DNA of 32,000 nt, from contig NC_000916.1 in NCBI RefSeq assembly GCF_000008645.1, positions 150,001 through 182,000 on the forward strand, written 5' to 3'. The notes beneath the pieces are model-generated. The model ran no database searches and had not been told where the DNA came from. It saw only the letters and a program-made list of their open reading frames with translations. The DNA comes from Methanothermobacter thermautotrophicus str. Delta H. GTDB lineage: Archaea; Methanobacteriota; Methanobacteria; Methanobacteriales; Methanothermobacteraceae. Positions 1 to 9,915 of this stretch are shown here, one piece after another. Within the stretch, counting starts at the first letter, position 1. The number at the start of each line of letters is the position of its first letter. Made by a program: the position numbers and the translations under genes.

Positions 1-181
1 AAGTCAGAGGGCCTTCCCGGTTGAGGACGCAGAAGGCATGGGATACGACCCCGACTATTACATTGAAAACCAGGTGATGGCTGCGGTATCACGCATAATG
101 TCATCCCTGGGTTACTCCACAGAGGATATGAATTCGTTATCCTCGGGTGAAAGGCAGAGCAGCCTCGACGCGTTCTTTTAA
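1..181 (+). CDS. C-terminal end (partial) of family B DNA polymerase, probably the small split subunit (PolB2-like)
   Basis: Frame 2 reads [59 protein letters not shown], stop TAA at 179-181. DxxYYIENQVxxAVxRI is typical of the archaeal PolB C-terminus; QSSLDAFF is a PIP box. Confidence 0.8.
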
Positions 182-344
182 TTGGCTGAAGGCTTTCTTT
201 TAACACTTTTCGTTATTTCTAATCAGCTGGAAGCTATCCTTTGTTTTAAGACACCATCTCCATGATTTCCGCATCCCACAGTTAAACCAACAATGTTATA
301 ATTGATTAGTTATAGAGTTTCATTACAGAGAAATAGGTGGGACG

Positions 345-1025
345 ATGCTGAAGGCGGTTTTCTTTGATATTGATGATACTCTCTATGACACCTCAGGATT
401 TGCTAAACTTGCAAGAAAGGCTGCTCTGAACGTCATGATAGACGCAGGTCTCCCATTAACACAGGAGGAGGCCTACAAGCTTCTCAGGGAGATAATATCC
501 GAGAAAGGATCAAACTATGACAGGCATTTCAATGTCCTGACAAAGACGGTTTTCGGTGAGGAGAAACCACTGCTCATTGCCCTTGGAATGATAACATACC
601 ACAACGTCAAGTTCGCCCTCCTGAGACCATTCCCCAACACCACATCCACACTCATTGACCTCAAGAGTAAGGGGTACAGGCTTGGGGTCATCTCAAACGG
701 CATAACGATAAAGCAGTGGGAGAAGCTCATAAGACTCGGCATCCACCACTTCTTCGATGAGGTCGTCACCTCAGACGAGGTCGGCTTCGAAAAACCCAAC
801 ATAAGGATCTTTGAGGAGGCCCTCAGGAGGATGGGCTGCAAACCCGAAAGATCAGTGATGGTTGGTAACAAGTTCAATGAGGACATACTGGGAGCCACAA
901 ATGCGGGTATGTCAGCCATACTGGTCAACTCAGAGTTAACGGAGGCAGAAAGGGATCACGTTGAGAAGAACGGTCTTGATGTTACGGTCATAGATGATAT
1001 CAGTCAGCTTAAGGAGATCCTTTAG
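345..1025 (+). CDS. HAD superfamily hydrolase (phosphoglycolate/glyceraldehyde-3-phosphate phosphatase-like)
   Basis: 226 aa; N-terminal FFDIDDTLYDT motif I, GVISNG motif II, KPN and MVGNKFNEDILGATNAG motifs III/IV. Confidence 0.85.
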   Translation: MLKAVFFDIDDTLYDTSGFAKLARKAALNVMIDAGLPLTQEEAYKLLREIISEKGSNYDRHFNVLTKTVFGEEKPLLIALGMITYHNVKFALLRPFPNTTSTLIDLKSKGYRLGVISNGITIKQWEKLIRLGIHHFFDEVVTSDEVGFEKPNIRIFEEALRRMGCKPERSVMVGNKFNEDILGATNAGMSAILVNSELTEAERDHVEKNGLDVTVIDDISQLKEIL

Positions 1026-1125
1026 TTTTCATGTAAGGAGGGATTTCAGCGGGCCTTCCCCGTTCCCATGAAATCTCTCATCCACGGGGGATGAACATGA
1101 TGGACATCGATAAGGGGGATGAATT

Positions 1126-2688
1126 ATGAACTGCGAAGCCTACTACCACGATGAGAACATGGTTGAAATCTTTGAGGAACTGAAACAGCCAAAGACGCTG
1201 GAAGAGCTGGGGTTATCCTATTTCTTCGTAAGGGACCTTATACTGAAGATAATGTTAACCTACGGGACCGTTAAAACCCAGAGAATGACGGATATAACGG
1301 GCATACACCTTGATATACTTGAAGAGATCCTGGGTCAGATGGAGAAGGACGGATTCTGCGCCCAGGTTGGGGGCAGTTTCCTGTTTTCCAGTGTCGAATA
1401 CACCCTCACAAGGAGGGGTGTTGAGAAGGCCCGCCTTGTAATGGAGGAAAACCCCTACATAGGGATAGCTCCGGTGCCCTATGAGAGATACTTTGAGCTG
1501 ATGGATAAGCAGCTGAGTAACCGTTTCCCCATCAGGATACCTGATGAGGTTATTGAAAAGACCTTCAGGGATGTGGTGGGACTATCCTATGCAAAGGAGT
1601 GTCTCGTGGAGTCCTGCACAATAGGTAAGGGGCTCTTTGTCTATGGAGCTCCCGGTACAGGTAAGACATTCATAATAAGCAAGGCCTCCGACCTCCTGCC
1701 TCCCCTCGTGATCCCCCGCTTCATAGAGTTCAGCGGAAGGGTTATACAGATCTATGACCCTGACTTCCACAGGCCATGCCCTGAAGAACCCGAAGACCCC
1801 AGATGGATAAAGATACACGCCCCATTCGTTTTCACGGGCTCAGAATTAAGTTTAAATGAACTGGAGACAACCTACAACATGAACAAGGGGGTCTATGAGA
1901 CCTCACCCATCATAAAGGCCAATGGTGGAGTCCTTCTCATAGATGACCTTGGAAGGCAGCGGGATGACCATGAGGTGATCCTCAACCGCCTCATCGTCCC
2001 CCTGGAGAACAGTAAGGATGTAATCTATATAAGGGGTGTTCCTGTCATATTCCACACACACTTCATACCCGCCTTCTCAACAAACCTCGATGTCAGTATA
2101 ATGGACGAGGCCCACCTCAGGAGGGCCCCCCTCCACATATTCCTGAGGAACCCTCCGGTTGAAAACGTCGCAGAGGTCTTCAGGCGCAACCTTGATGAAA
2201 TAGGGGAGGAGTACGATGATGAGGTTGTTGAAAGGATTAAAATGGTCTACACCCCTGTTGCCGATGGTGGTGAGGGCCTCCAGCCCAGCTATGCCCATGC
2301 AAGGGACCTTGCCCAGATAGCTCAGGCAGTCAGGATCAACATGGGAAGGGAGAGTGTGGACCTTGAGGTGATTGAGAGGGCCCTTGATAAGCATGTTCTG
2401 ATAGCCCTCCAGAGGATGGATATTGATATAAGCCAGGTACATCACAGCATCAGGACATTCCGTATTATTACAGACGACCCCGATAATGCCGAGAGGGTTC
2501 TAAGACTCTACGGGGCACTTACAGTTGCAAGGGAGGATGGAGCAGTCCTGGCAGACTTTGAGGACTCTATAAGTCCTTCTCAGCTCCTTGAACACCTTCA
2601 GAACCAGGGTGTAGGAGCAAGGAAGATTGAAGTCATCTCTGAAACCAAGAGGGAAATCAAGAAGGCAATACTTGAACACGGTGACTGA
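1126..2688 (+). CDS. AAA-type ATPase of unknown function with N-terminal winged-helix-like region
   Basis: 520 aa; Walker A GAPGTGKTF, Walker B-like GGVLLIDDLGRQ; GGGGGAT upstream of the ATG. Confidence 0.8.
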   Translation: MNCEAYYHDENMVEIFEELKQPKTLEELGLSYFFVRDLILKIMLTYGTVKTQRMTDITGIHLDILEEILGQMEKDGFCAQVGGSFLFSSVEYTLTRRGVEKARLVMEENPYIGIAPVPYERYFELMDKQLSNRFPIRIPDEVIEKTFRDVVGLSYAKECLVESCTIGKGLFVYGAPGTGKTFIISKASDLLPPLVIPRFIEFSGRVIQIYDPDFHRPCPEEPEDPRWIKIHAPFVFTGSELSLNELETTYNMNKGVYETSPIIKANGGVLLIDDLGRQRDDHEVILNRLIVPLENSKDVIYIRGVPVIFHTHFIPAFSTNLDVSIMDEAHLRRAPLHIFLRNPPVENVAEVFRRNLDEIGEEYDDEVVERIKMVYTPVADGGEGLQPSYAHARDLAQIAQAVRINMGRESVDLEVIERALDKHVLIALQRMDIDISQVHHSIRTFRIITDDPDNAERVLRLYGALTVAREDGAVLADFEDSISPSQLLEHLQNQGVGARKIEVISETKREIKKAILEHGD

Positions 2689-2697
2689 TAAGCGGTT

Positions 2698-3543
2698 GTG
2701 TTTTTGATGGATCCAATACCTGTGAACGTGGCGGTGACCGTACTGGTCTCGGTGGCTGTATGGTCCCTCCTTGAATTCATTCCCCTCCTGTTTCCAGGGG
2801 AGGCCGGGAGGCTGGCAGCACGCCTCAGACCATTACCCTCCGGTTTGATGGAGGTAACCCACCACATCAACCTTCTGAGGAGAGGGAGACCGTGGCAGCG
2901 CTTCATGGCCCGTGAAGTTATAGCTGAACTCTTTAAAACCAGGTTACAGGAACTTGAGGCCCTGAAGTATGAGGAGTGGAGGAGTGAACTTGAATCCCAG
3001 AAGGAACTGATGGAAAGGCGTGAGCTAAGCGACGATGAGATCCTCCACATCGAGGCCGGGAAGGAGATGATGGTAAATTCAGAAGGGGAAATGCAGAGGG
3101 CAGAGGGGGCTGTTTATCCCACAGCAGGGGAGGAAGAGTTCATAAGGATCAGAAATCATAAAAAGGAGCTCTTAGATGATCTGAGGGACAGGTACTCTGA
3201 TTTCAGGATATGGGCCCCCAGGAACAGGGATATCCTGAGGTACATACAGGATAAGGTATTCAGAAGGGAGGAGTTTGACCTTGAGGGCCTAAGGGATCAC
3301 AGCAGGGAATGGGCCCTCGTGAACATCTGGGGCATGGAGCCTCCGGTGAGTTACCCTGAGGAAGAACTCCTTGAGGATCTGCTGCTCTACCTGGAGCTGA
3401 TGGATGATGATTCAACTGCCATCAAACTGGCCCGTGCCCTTAGCGGTAACGATGACTCCCTGAGGTACCTCGATGAGGTTATACGTACCGTTTCAGCATG
3501 GAAGACCGGGGAAGATCCTGTATTTCCCCAGTCACGCCAGTAG
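2698..3543 (+). CDS. Uncharacterised protein with one N-terminal membrane segment and a long charged cytoplasmic-type region
   Basis: 281 aa (GTG 2698 or ATG 2707); VNVAVTVLVSVAVWSLLEFIPLLF hydrophobic segment; starts 9 nt after the upstream ATPase stop codon. Confidence 0.7.
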   Translation: MFLMDPIPVNVAVTVLVSVAVWSLLEFIPLLFPGEAGRLAARLRPLPSGLMEVTHHINLLRRGRPWQRFMAREVIAELFKTRLQELEALKYEEWRSELESQKELMERRELSDDEILHIEAGKEMMVNSEGEMQRAEGAVYPTAGEEEFIRIRNHKKELLDDLRDRYSDFRIWAPRNRDILRYIQDKVFRREEFDLEGLRDHSREWALVNIWGMEPPVSYPEEELLEDLLLYLELMDDDSTAIKLARALSGNDDSLRYLDEVIRTVSAWKTGEDPVFPQSRQ

Positions 3544-3592
3544 TTTTCGCCTGATGGAGTTCCTAATCACATTTCTGATGTTATCGAGTTGA

Positions 3593-4366
3593 TTATAGTT
3601 CTATTTCCAGTCCTATGGGACAGTGGTCTGAGCCCATGACATCTGAGAGTATCCAGGACCTTTTAACCTTCCCTTTGAACTCCTCGTTTACAAAGAAGTA
3701 GTCGAGTCTCCAGCCGACGTTCCTCTCACGGGCCCTTGTCCTGTAGCTCCACCATGTGTACTGTCCGGGGTCACTGTTGAACATCCTGAAGGTGTCCACG
3801 TACCCATTTTCAATAAATTTATCGATCCAGGCCCTCTCAACGGGAAGGAAACCTGATACGTTGCTGTTTTCCTTTGGCCTTGCAAGGTCTATCTCCCTGT
3901 GGGCTGTGTTGAAGTCCCCACATATAATCACGTTCCTCCCCGAATCCCTCTCCCGGTTGACGTCCTCAAGGAATGCGTCATAGAATTCCAGTTTATACTT
4001 CAGCCTCTCCTCTGACATCTTACCGTTGGGGAAGTATATGTTGTAGAGGAGGAAGTCGTCAAAGTCTGCGATCTGTATCCGACCCTCGGTGTCGAATCTC
4101 TCCACACCGAAACCCTCCCTCAGTGAAGAGGGGGGTACCTTTGTGTACATGGCAACCCCGCTGTACCCCTTTCTCTCCGCAGGGGTGAAGAAGCTTCTGT
4201 AACCCTCAACGTGCCTGAGCTTCCTGGGGAGCTGTTCAGGCGCTGCTTTTATCTCCTGAAGGCACAGGATGTCTGGCTTCTCTTCCATGAACCATTTAAG
4301 GAACCCCTTCCTGTGGACCGCCCTGAGGCCGTTGACGTTCCAGGATATTATTTTTAGCACGGTCAT
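3593..4366 (-). CDS. xthA: Exodeoxyribonuclease III family / AP and deoxyuridine endonuclease (Mth212-like)
   Basis: 257 aa; [33 protein letters not shown] and MGSDHCPIG motifs of the ExoIII fold. Confidence 0.92.
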
Positions 4367-4436
4367 GATACCACGTAATTATTTCTGTCATGGAGGTTAA
4401 ATTAACTCTCCTTATACTCATGATACCTTTTCAGCT

Positions 4437-6347
4437 CTAAAATATCAGTGGCAGTATCCTTGCAAACAGTCCACCGAGGAATAATGCTGTTCCGAGGTTT
4501 GCAAGGGTTATGATGGAGGTGGACCTCCAGCTGAATTCCCTTGCAAGTATTGCGATGGTTGAGAGGCAGGGGAAGTAGAGCATACCGACCAGGGTCAGGA
4601 CGAGGATCTGGGGTGCTGTGAGGGCAGCCCCTATGTTTGTCCCAACCAGTGACACAAGCCCGAGGAGTATGAATTCCTTCCTGACGGCGCCCAGTATCAG
4701 GAGTATACCTGCAAATACTGGCAGTTTAAGCCATCCGACTGTAAGGGGTGCCATGAAGGCGCTGATGGGATTGAGCCATCCAAGGGCGTATAGTAACTGT
4801 ATCAGGGCGCTTCCAATGATGTATATGGGGAATACAAGGTAGATGAGGGACCTGGTCCTTGTCCAGGTCTGCCTTGCTATGACACGGAATGAGGGCATCT
4901 TAAGGGAGTGCATCTCCATTATAAGTCCGGTTGTTTCCCCGGGAAGTGCCTTGAGGGCCACCTTTCCCATTATGAAGATTATAAGGAGGTCCAGGGCGTA
5001 GAGTCCTATGGCCCACCATACATTCACGAAGAGGGCTACGAGTCCAAGGATGAGGATGGTCCTTGCAGCGCAGGGTGCGAAGGATATTGCAAAGGCTGCA
5101 AGGAGTCTCTCCCTGTGGGTCTCAAGTATCCTTGTACTGTCAATTGCAGGGACGCTGCACCCGTAACCCAGTATGAGGGGTATGAGGGCCTTCCCATGGA
5201 GCCCTATCTTCCTCATGAAGGCGTCCATCATGAATGCCACCCTGGTGAGAAGACCTGAATTTTCAATGTAGGATAGCATCAGGTAGAACGGTATAACGAA
5301 AGGTATCACCAGGGTCAGGCCAGCCACGATACCCCCGAAGGCCCCGTTCCATATTATTGATTCAATGGAACCTGAGAACTTGGGGTCAACGGGCTGGAAG
5401 AATCCAAAGATCCCTGTGAGTGTGTCTGAGAGGAACTCCCCCACAACAAAGGTCCAGAGGAGGAGTCCTCCAACAACCAGAACAGATGAGATGTAGCCGT
5501 AGACAGGATGTGTGAGGAAGCCGTCAAGTCTCTCTGATAGTGAGGTTTTGATCTCCTCCTGCCTCTGTGCACCTGCAGCTATCATGCTGGAGATGGCATA
5601 ACGTTCTGAAGTTATAACTGAGAATGCAGGTTCACCGTGTATGGACTCTATTTCAGCTGCCAGTTCTGATGCAAGCTTCCTAACGTCCTCAGGCATCATG
5701 GCTGTTATCTGGGGGTCGTTTTCCAGTAGCTTTATTGCAACCCATCGGGCTGAATAACCTTCGGGGATTTCAGGGAGGGCATCCATCAGTTTCCCTATAC
5801 GGGTCTCGATCTCCTCACCGTATTCGATTATCCGTGGCAGTGTCTTTTTATCAGCCACTTCAACCGTCTTACGGAGCAGTTCCTGGAGTCCCCTTCCCTT
5901 AACCGCAACCGTGGATACCACCGGCACGCCAAGAACCTTCTCCAGCTTCTCATCGTCTATCGTTATCCCCTTCTGTCTGGCCATGTCCACCTGGTTGATG
6001 CAGATCACCATGGGGACCTCCATCTCCATGAGCTGGAGCGTGAAGAAAAGGTTTCTCTCGAGGACAGATGCATCAAGTACATTTATGACAACGTCGGGTC
6101 CTTCATTGATTATGAAGTCCCGTGATACTATCTCCTCCATGGAGTAGGTTGAAAATGAGTATATCCCTGGAAGATCGATTATGTGGATGTCTCTTCCCTG
6201 GAATTTAAGGTACCCCTCCGCCCTTTCAACGGTTTTTCCAGGCCAGTTGCCGACTATCTGGTTCGATCCTGTCAGCTGGTTGAAGATAACACTCTTACCC
6301 ACATTGGCGTTTCCTGCAAGTGCAACGGTTATCTCAGATTTTTTCAT
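4437..6347 (-). CDS. feoB: Ferrous iron transport protein B
   Basis: G domain [27 protein letters not shown]; C-terminal transmembrane Gate/Nucleoside-recognition regions. ATG at 6347 is preferred over TTG at 6353 because of GAAGGT spacing. Confidence 0.95.
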   Translation of the reverse strand: MKKSEITVALAGNANVGKSVIFNQLTGSNQIVGNWPGKTVERAEGYLKFQGRDIHIIDLPGIYSFSTYSMEEIVSRDFIINEGPDVVINVLDASVLERNLFFTLQLMEMEVPMVICINQVDMARQKGITIDDEKLEKVLGVPVVSTVAVKGRGLQELLRKTVEVADKKTLPRIIEYGEEIETRIGKLMDALPEIPEGYSARWVAIKLLENDPQITAMMPEDVRKLASELAAEIESIHGEPAFSVITSERYAISSMIAAGAQRQEEIKTSLSERLDGFLTHPVYGYISSVLVVGGLLLWTFVVGEFLSDTLTGIFGFFQPVDPKFSGSIESIIWNGAFGGIVAGLTLVIPFVIPFYLMLSYIENSGLLTRVAFMMDAFMRKIGLHGKALIPLILGYGCSVPAIDSTRILETHRERLLAAFAISFAPCAARTILILGLVALFVNVWWAIGLYALDLLIIFIMGKVALKALPGETTGLIMEMHSLKMPSFRVIARQTWTRTRSLIYLVFPIYIIGSALIQLLYALGWLNPISAFMAPLTVGWLKLPVFAGILLILGAVRKEFILLGLVSLVGTNIGAALTAPQILVLTLVGMLYFPCLSTIAILAREFSWRSTSIITLANLGTALFLGGLFARILPLIF

Positions 6348-6385
6348 TGTCAAGACCTTCTATCTGCTCTGTTCTATTAGGGGGG

Positions 6386-7102
6386 CTAGCCTTCTGTTTC
6401 TATGAAGACGTTATCTGCTATGTCCCTTCCCAGGGCCACCCTGGACCCGCGGATCTCCACTTCGATTGGGCCGCTGAGGGGTGCCCTTTTTATCATGGTA
6501 AGGGGGGCTCCAATGGTTATCCCCATATCCATGAGCCGCCTCACAACCCTGTAGTCACCCCTTATGAAGGATACCCTTCCGCTCTGGTTTTCATCCATCT
6601 CTGTGAGGGATTTCAGGTTTTCATCACGGCAGCCTATTTCCTCGATATCGGCGTCCTTCATCTCAATGCATTCCTCGCATGTCTGGAATTTGAATTCACA
6701 TGCGGGTATGGGCTTTTCATCGGGGCACTCTCCTGGCATGTTAAGGAGATGGCACAGGGCCCTTTCAGCATCGTCTGAGAGTGAATGTTCCATTTCACAG
6801 GCCTGCCGGTGTATCCTCTCCCTCTTTATTCCCAGAACGTCATGGAGGAATCTCTCAAGGAGCCTGTGCTTCCTTGTTATTCTACGGGCGATCCTGTATC
6901 CTCTATCTGTGAGCACGGCTCCCCTGTATGGTGAATATTTAACATATCCATTTGAATCAAGCTTTTTAAGCATCTGGGTTACACTTGCAGGGGCGATTTT
7001 CATTTCCCGGGAGATGTCTGTGGTGGTAACGGGCTTCCTTGAATCCGAGAGCCTGTAGATGGTTTCAAGGTATTCCTCTATATTTTCACTGAGATGCTTC
7101 AT
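6386..7102 (-). CDS. DtxR/MntR family metal-dependent transcriptional regulator with C-terminal FeoA-like domain
   Basis: N-terminal w[47 protein letters not shown]; C-terminal [46 protein letters not shown] 7102 is preceded by AGGTGA; the ORF track start is GTG 7111. Confidence 0.9.
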   Translation of the reverse strand: MKHLSENIEEYLETIYRLSDSRKPVTTTDISREMKIAPASVTQMLKKLDSNGYVKYSPYRGAVLTDRGYRIARRITRKHRLLERFLHDVLGIKRERIHRQACEMEHSLSDDAERALCHLLNMPGECPDEKPIPACEFKFQTCEECIEMKDADIEEIGCRDENLKSLTEMDENQSGRVSFIRGDYRVVRRLMDMGITIGAPLTMIKRAPLSGPIEVEIRGSRVALGRDIADNVFIETEG

Positions 7103-7115
7103 TAGGTTCACCTAA
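7102..7115. promoter_or_regulatory. Palindrome TTAGGT-TC-ACCTAA overlapping the ribosome-binding site and first base of the start codon of the DtxR-type gene
   Basis: Perfect 6-bp inverted repeat with 2 nt spacer, read directly; resembles half-sites of DtxR/IdeR boxes. Confidence 0.5.
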
Positions 7116-7125
7116 AGCCTTACTG

Positions 7126-7144
7126 TTAGTTTAGTTAAACCTAA
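7126..7144. promoter_or_regulatory. Candidate DtxR/IdeR-like operator TTAGTTTAGTTAAACCTAA
   Basis: 15 of 19 positions match the bacterial IdeR/DtxR consensus TTAGGTTAGSCTAACCTAA; located 24 bp upstream of the regulator ATG. Confidence 0.55.
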
Positions 7145-7234
7145 TTCAATATAAGGTTTTCTAAAACAGGCTGAAAAAATAGTGAATGGGTTCCCCTAGG
7201 GAATTTGAGGGGGATGATCCCCCACCATTCAGGT

Positions 7235-7828
7235 TCAGGTGGGGAGGATGTCCCTTCCATGGGTCTCGTTTATAACCTCTGCAAGACCCACGTACATGGC
7301 GGCTGCCCCTGTGAATATACCCTCATAACCTGCCACAGCTGTTATAAGGGCTGAACCCGTGATTTCGCCTGCAGTGAGCAGGAAGAAGAGCACCGCGAGG
7401 CTTATGAATATCACCTGGATGCCCCTTTTGAGTTTCAGGGTTGCTATGAACATCAGCAGGGTGAACAGTCCCCACATGAAGAGGTAGGATGCCATTGCAA
7501 CCGGGTCGGCACTGGCTGCTGCGGTTCCTGATGTTTCAAGAAACTTGAGGTTCGGGATCACCAGGAGGAGTACCAGTGACCACCAGAACAGACCATAGGA
7601 TCCGAATGCAACCGTACCGAAGGTGTTGCCCTTTCTGTATTCCATCACACTTGCAAGTATCTGGGCTATACCACCATAGGCGAACCCCATTGCAAGTATC
7701 ATACTGTTTATGGGAAAAAGACCTGCATTGTGCAGGTTCAGCAGTATGGTGGTTATACCAAATCCCAGAAGTCCCAGGGGTGCCGGGTTGGCGGTTTTAT
7801 CTGATATAACCACTTCTGTTTCACGCAT
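7235..7828 (-). CDS. GPR1/FUN34/YaaH family acetate transporter
   Basis: Six hydrophobic segments; [23 protein letters not shown] motif typical of the family; ATG 7828 preceded by AAGGTGAG; directly downstream of acs. Confidence 0.88.
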   Translation of the reverse strand: MRETEVVISDKTANPAPLGLLGFGITTILLNLHNAGLFPINSMILAMGFAYGGIAQILASVMEYRKGNTFGTVAFGSYGLFWWSLVLLLVIPNLKFLETSGTAAASADPVAMASYLFMWGLFTLLMFIATLKLKRGIQVIFISLAVLFFLLTAGEITGSALITAVAGYEGIFTGAAAMYVGLAEVINETHGRDILPT

Positions 7829-7876
7829 ATTTCTCACCTTATACATCAAATATGAAGGGAGGGTATGGGGGCCCAG

Positions 7877-9781
7877 CTATTCCTCAAGGGTTGAGGTATC
7901 ACCGAGGTCCTCTCCTTCCTCCCTGGCCCTCAGTATTCTCCTCATTATCTTACCAGACCTGGTTTTGGGGAGGCTGTCAACCTGGACCATCTCTCCGACG
8001 ACGGCCACGGGTCCGAGTTCATGGCGAAGGTGTCTTTTCAGTTCTTCGATGAGGGCGGCGTTCAGTTTATGACCCTTCTTGAGTATGAGGAAAGCCTTTA
8101 TGACCTACCCCTTGATGGGGTAGGCCTTGCCTATAACCGCGGCTTCTGCAACTGCAGGGTGTGCGACAAAGACTGATTCAACCTCTGCAGTACCTATCCT
8201 GTGCCCTGCTATGTTCAGGACGTCATCGGATCTTCCCTGGATCCAGAAGTATCCGTCCTCGTCCTTCCTGGCCATGTCACCTGCGGTGTACACTCCGCCG
8301 GGGATCTGCTTCCAGTAAACATCGATGTACCTCTGCTCGTCGTTGAAGAGGGTCCTGAACATGGCTGGCCATGGCTTTCTGATCACAAGAAAACCACCCT
8401 TACCCAGGGGCACGGGGTCGCCATTCTCGTCAACCACGTCGGCCTCTATGCCCGGGAGGGGCTTTGTCACTGAACCCGGTTTAAGGGGTGTCACAGGTAG
8501 GGGTGCTATGAGGTGCATCCCTGTCTCGGTCTGCCACCAGGTGTCAATTATCGGGCACTTCTCCCTTCCAATGTTCCTGTAGTACCACATCCATGCCTCA
8601 GGGTTTATGGGTTCACCGACCGTACCAAGTATCTTGAGGGATTCAAGGTTGTAGCGTTTTGGGTGCTTGTCACCGAACCTCATGAGGTGCCTTATTGCGG
8701 TTGGTGCCGTGTAGAACTTGGTGACACCGTATTTCTCAACGATACTCCACCACACACCGGGGTCAGGGTAATCAGGTGCCCCCTCATAGAGGAGTGTTGT
8801 GGTTCCAAGTAGCAGCGGGCCATAGACAACATAGCTGTGACCTGTTATCCACCCGATGTCTGCTGTGCACCACCAGAGGTCTCCGTTGTGGATGTCAAAG
8901 GTCATCTCGAGGGTTGATGCAACCCCCACCATGTATCCTCCTGTTGTGTGTAGAACACCCTTTGGTTTTCCGGTGCTCCCCGAAGTGTAGAGTATGAAGA
9001 GGGGGTCCTCTGCATCCATCTCCTCTGCATCGCACCGGTCCCCTTCACCCTCTATGAGCTTATCGAAGAGCATTTCACGTCCACTTATATCCGACATCTC
9101 AATGTCGATGTCTGTGTGCTTTACAACCACTGTGGTTTCTATGGTGGGGCACTGGAGTATGGCCTCGTCCACTATGGGTTTGAGCTTTATAACCCCGCCC
9201 CTTCTGTAGGTACCGTCGGCTGTTATTATGATCTTTGCCCTTGCATCGTTCAGGCGTTCCACCAGGGCCCCCACACTGAGACCGGAGTATATGACACTGT
9301 GGACAGCACCTATCTTTGCACAGGCAAGCATTGAGATTACAAGTTCGGGGCACATTGGAAGGTAGAGGGCAACTGCATCGCCCTTTTTGATTCCAAGACT
9401 TTTGAGGGCATTAGCGGTCCTGTTAACCTCACGGTACAGTTCATAGTAGGTTAACTTCCTTTCATCCCCCCTCTCGTTCACGTATAGAATGGCGACCTGG
9501 TTTCTCTTGTCTGTGTCAAGCCACCTGTCAACGGCGTTGTAGGTCATGTTGATCTTACCGTTGACGAACCACCTGTAGAATGGTCTGTTGCTCTCATCAA
9601 GGACCCTGTCCCATTTTCTGAACCATTCGAATCTTTCAGCCTTTTCGGCCCAGTAGTTCTCATGGTCCTTTCCCTTTTCGAGCTCGGCCTCCCAGTTTTT
9701 TATGTGGGCCTCCTCCACAACGGTGTAGTGGGGTTTGAAGACCCTTTTCTCTTCCAGGAGAACTGAGGTATCCTTTGACAT
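7877..9781 (-). pseudogene. acs: AMP-forming acetyl-CoA synthetase, reading frame interrupted by an in-frame TAG (8105-8107); 558 aa before the stop and 75 aa after it in the same frame
   Basis: Upstream part has [70 protein letters not shown]. After TAG, the same frame continues [75 protein letters not shown], the conserved ACS C-terminus. Whether it is a true pseudogene or read through is unresolved. Confidence 0.85.
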
Positions 9782-9830
9782 TTTTCATACCGCCATCTTT
9801 TTCTTGGTTGGTAGTAGTAAGTTTCTCTCA

Positions 9831-9842
9831 ACTTATATATTT
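9831..9842 (-). promoter_or_regulatory. Putative TATA box of acs (AATATATAAGT on the - strand)
   Basis: A/T-rich archaeal TATA-like element about 50 nt upstream of the acs start. Confidence 0.45.
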
Positions 9843-9899
9843 TACTATTATTAATCATGATAGATAATATTTATTATAAATTTTTTATTAATAACCTCG

Positions 9900-9906
9900 A
9901 AAAAAA
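9900..9906 (-). terminator. T7 tract just after the thermosome stop codon, flanked by CCTC/GAGG
   Basis: Minus strand reads TAACCCACCTCATTTTTTTCGAGG; archaeal terminators typically are T-tracts. Confidence 0.45.
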
Positions 9907-9915
9907 TGAGGTGGG

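Noticed and set aside
4618-6405. Several 65-120 aa ORFs opposite feoB (4618..4842 +, 4908..5258 +, 5911..6147 +, 6181..6405 +, 6183..6380 +)
   Set aside because: They mirror the feoB coding frame, show implausible composition and lack ribosome-binding sites; shadow ORFs.
7850-8105. A frameshift explaining the split acs
   Set aside because: The C-terminal 75 codons are in exactly the same frame as the 558-aa ORF (228 nt from 8104 to 7877), so no indel is needed.
8105-8107. TAG in acs as a pyrrolysine codon
   Set aside because: Methanothermobacter is not known to carry pyl genes, none is in this window, and the expected residue in other ACS proteins at this place is acidic; nonsense mutation, readthrough or error are more likely.
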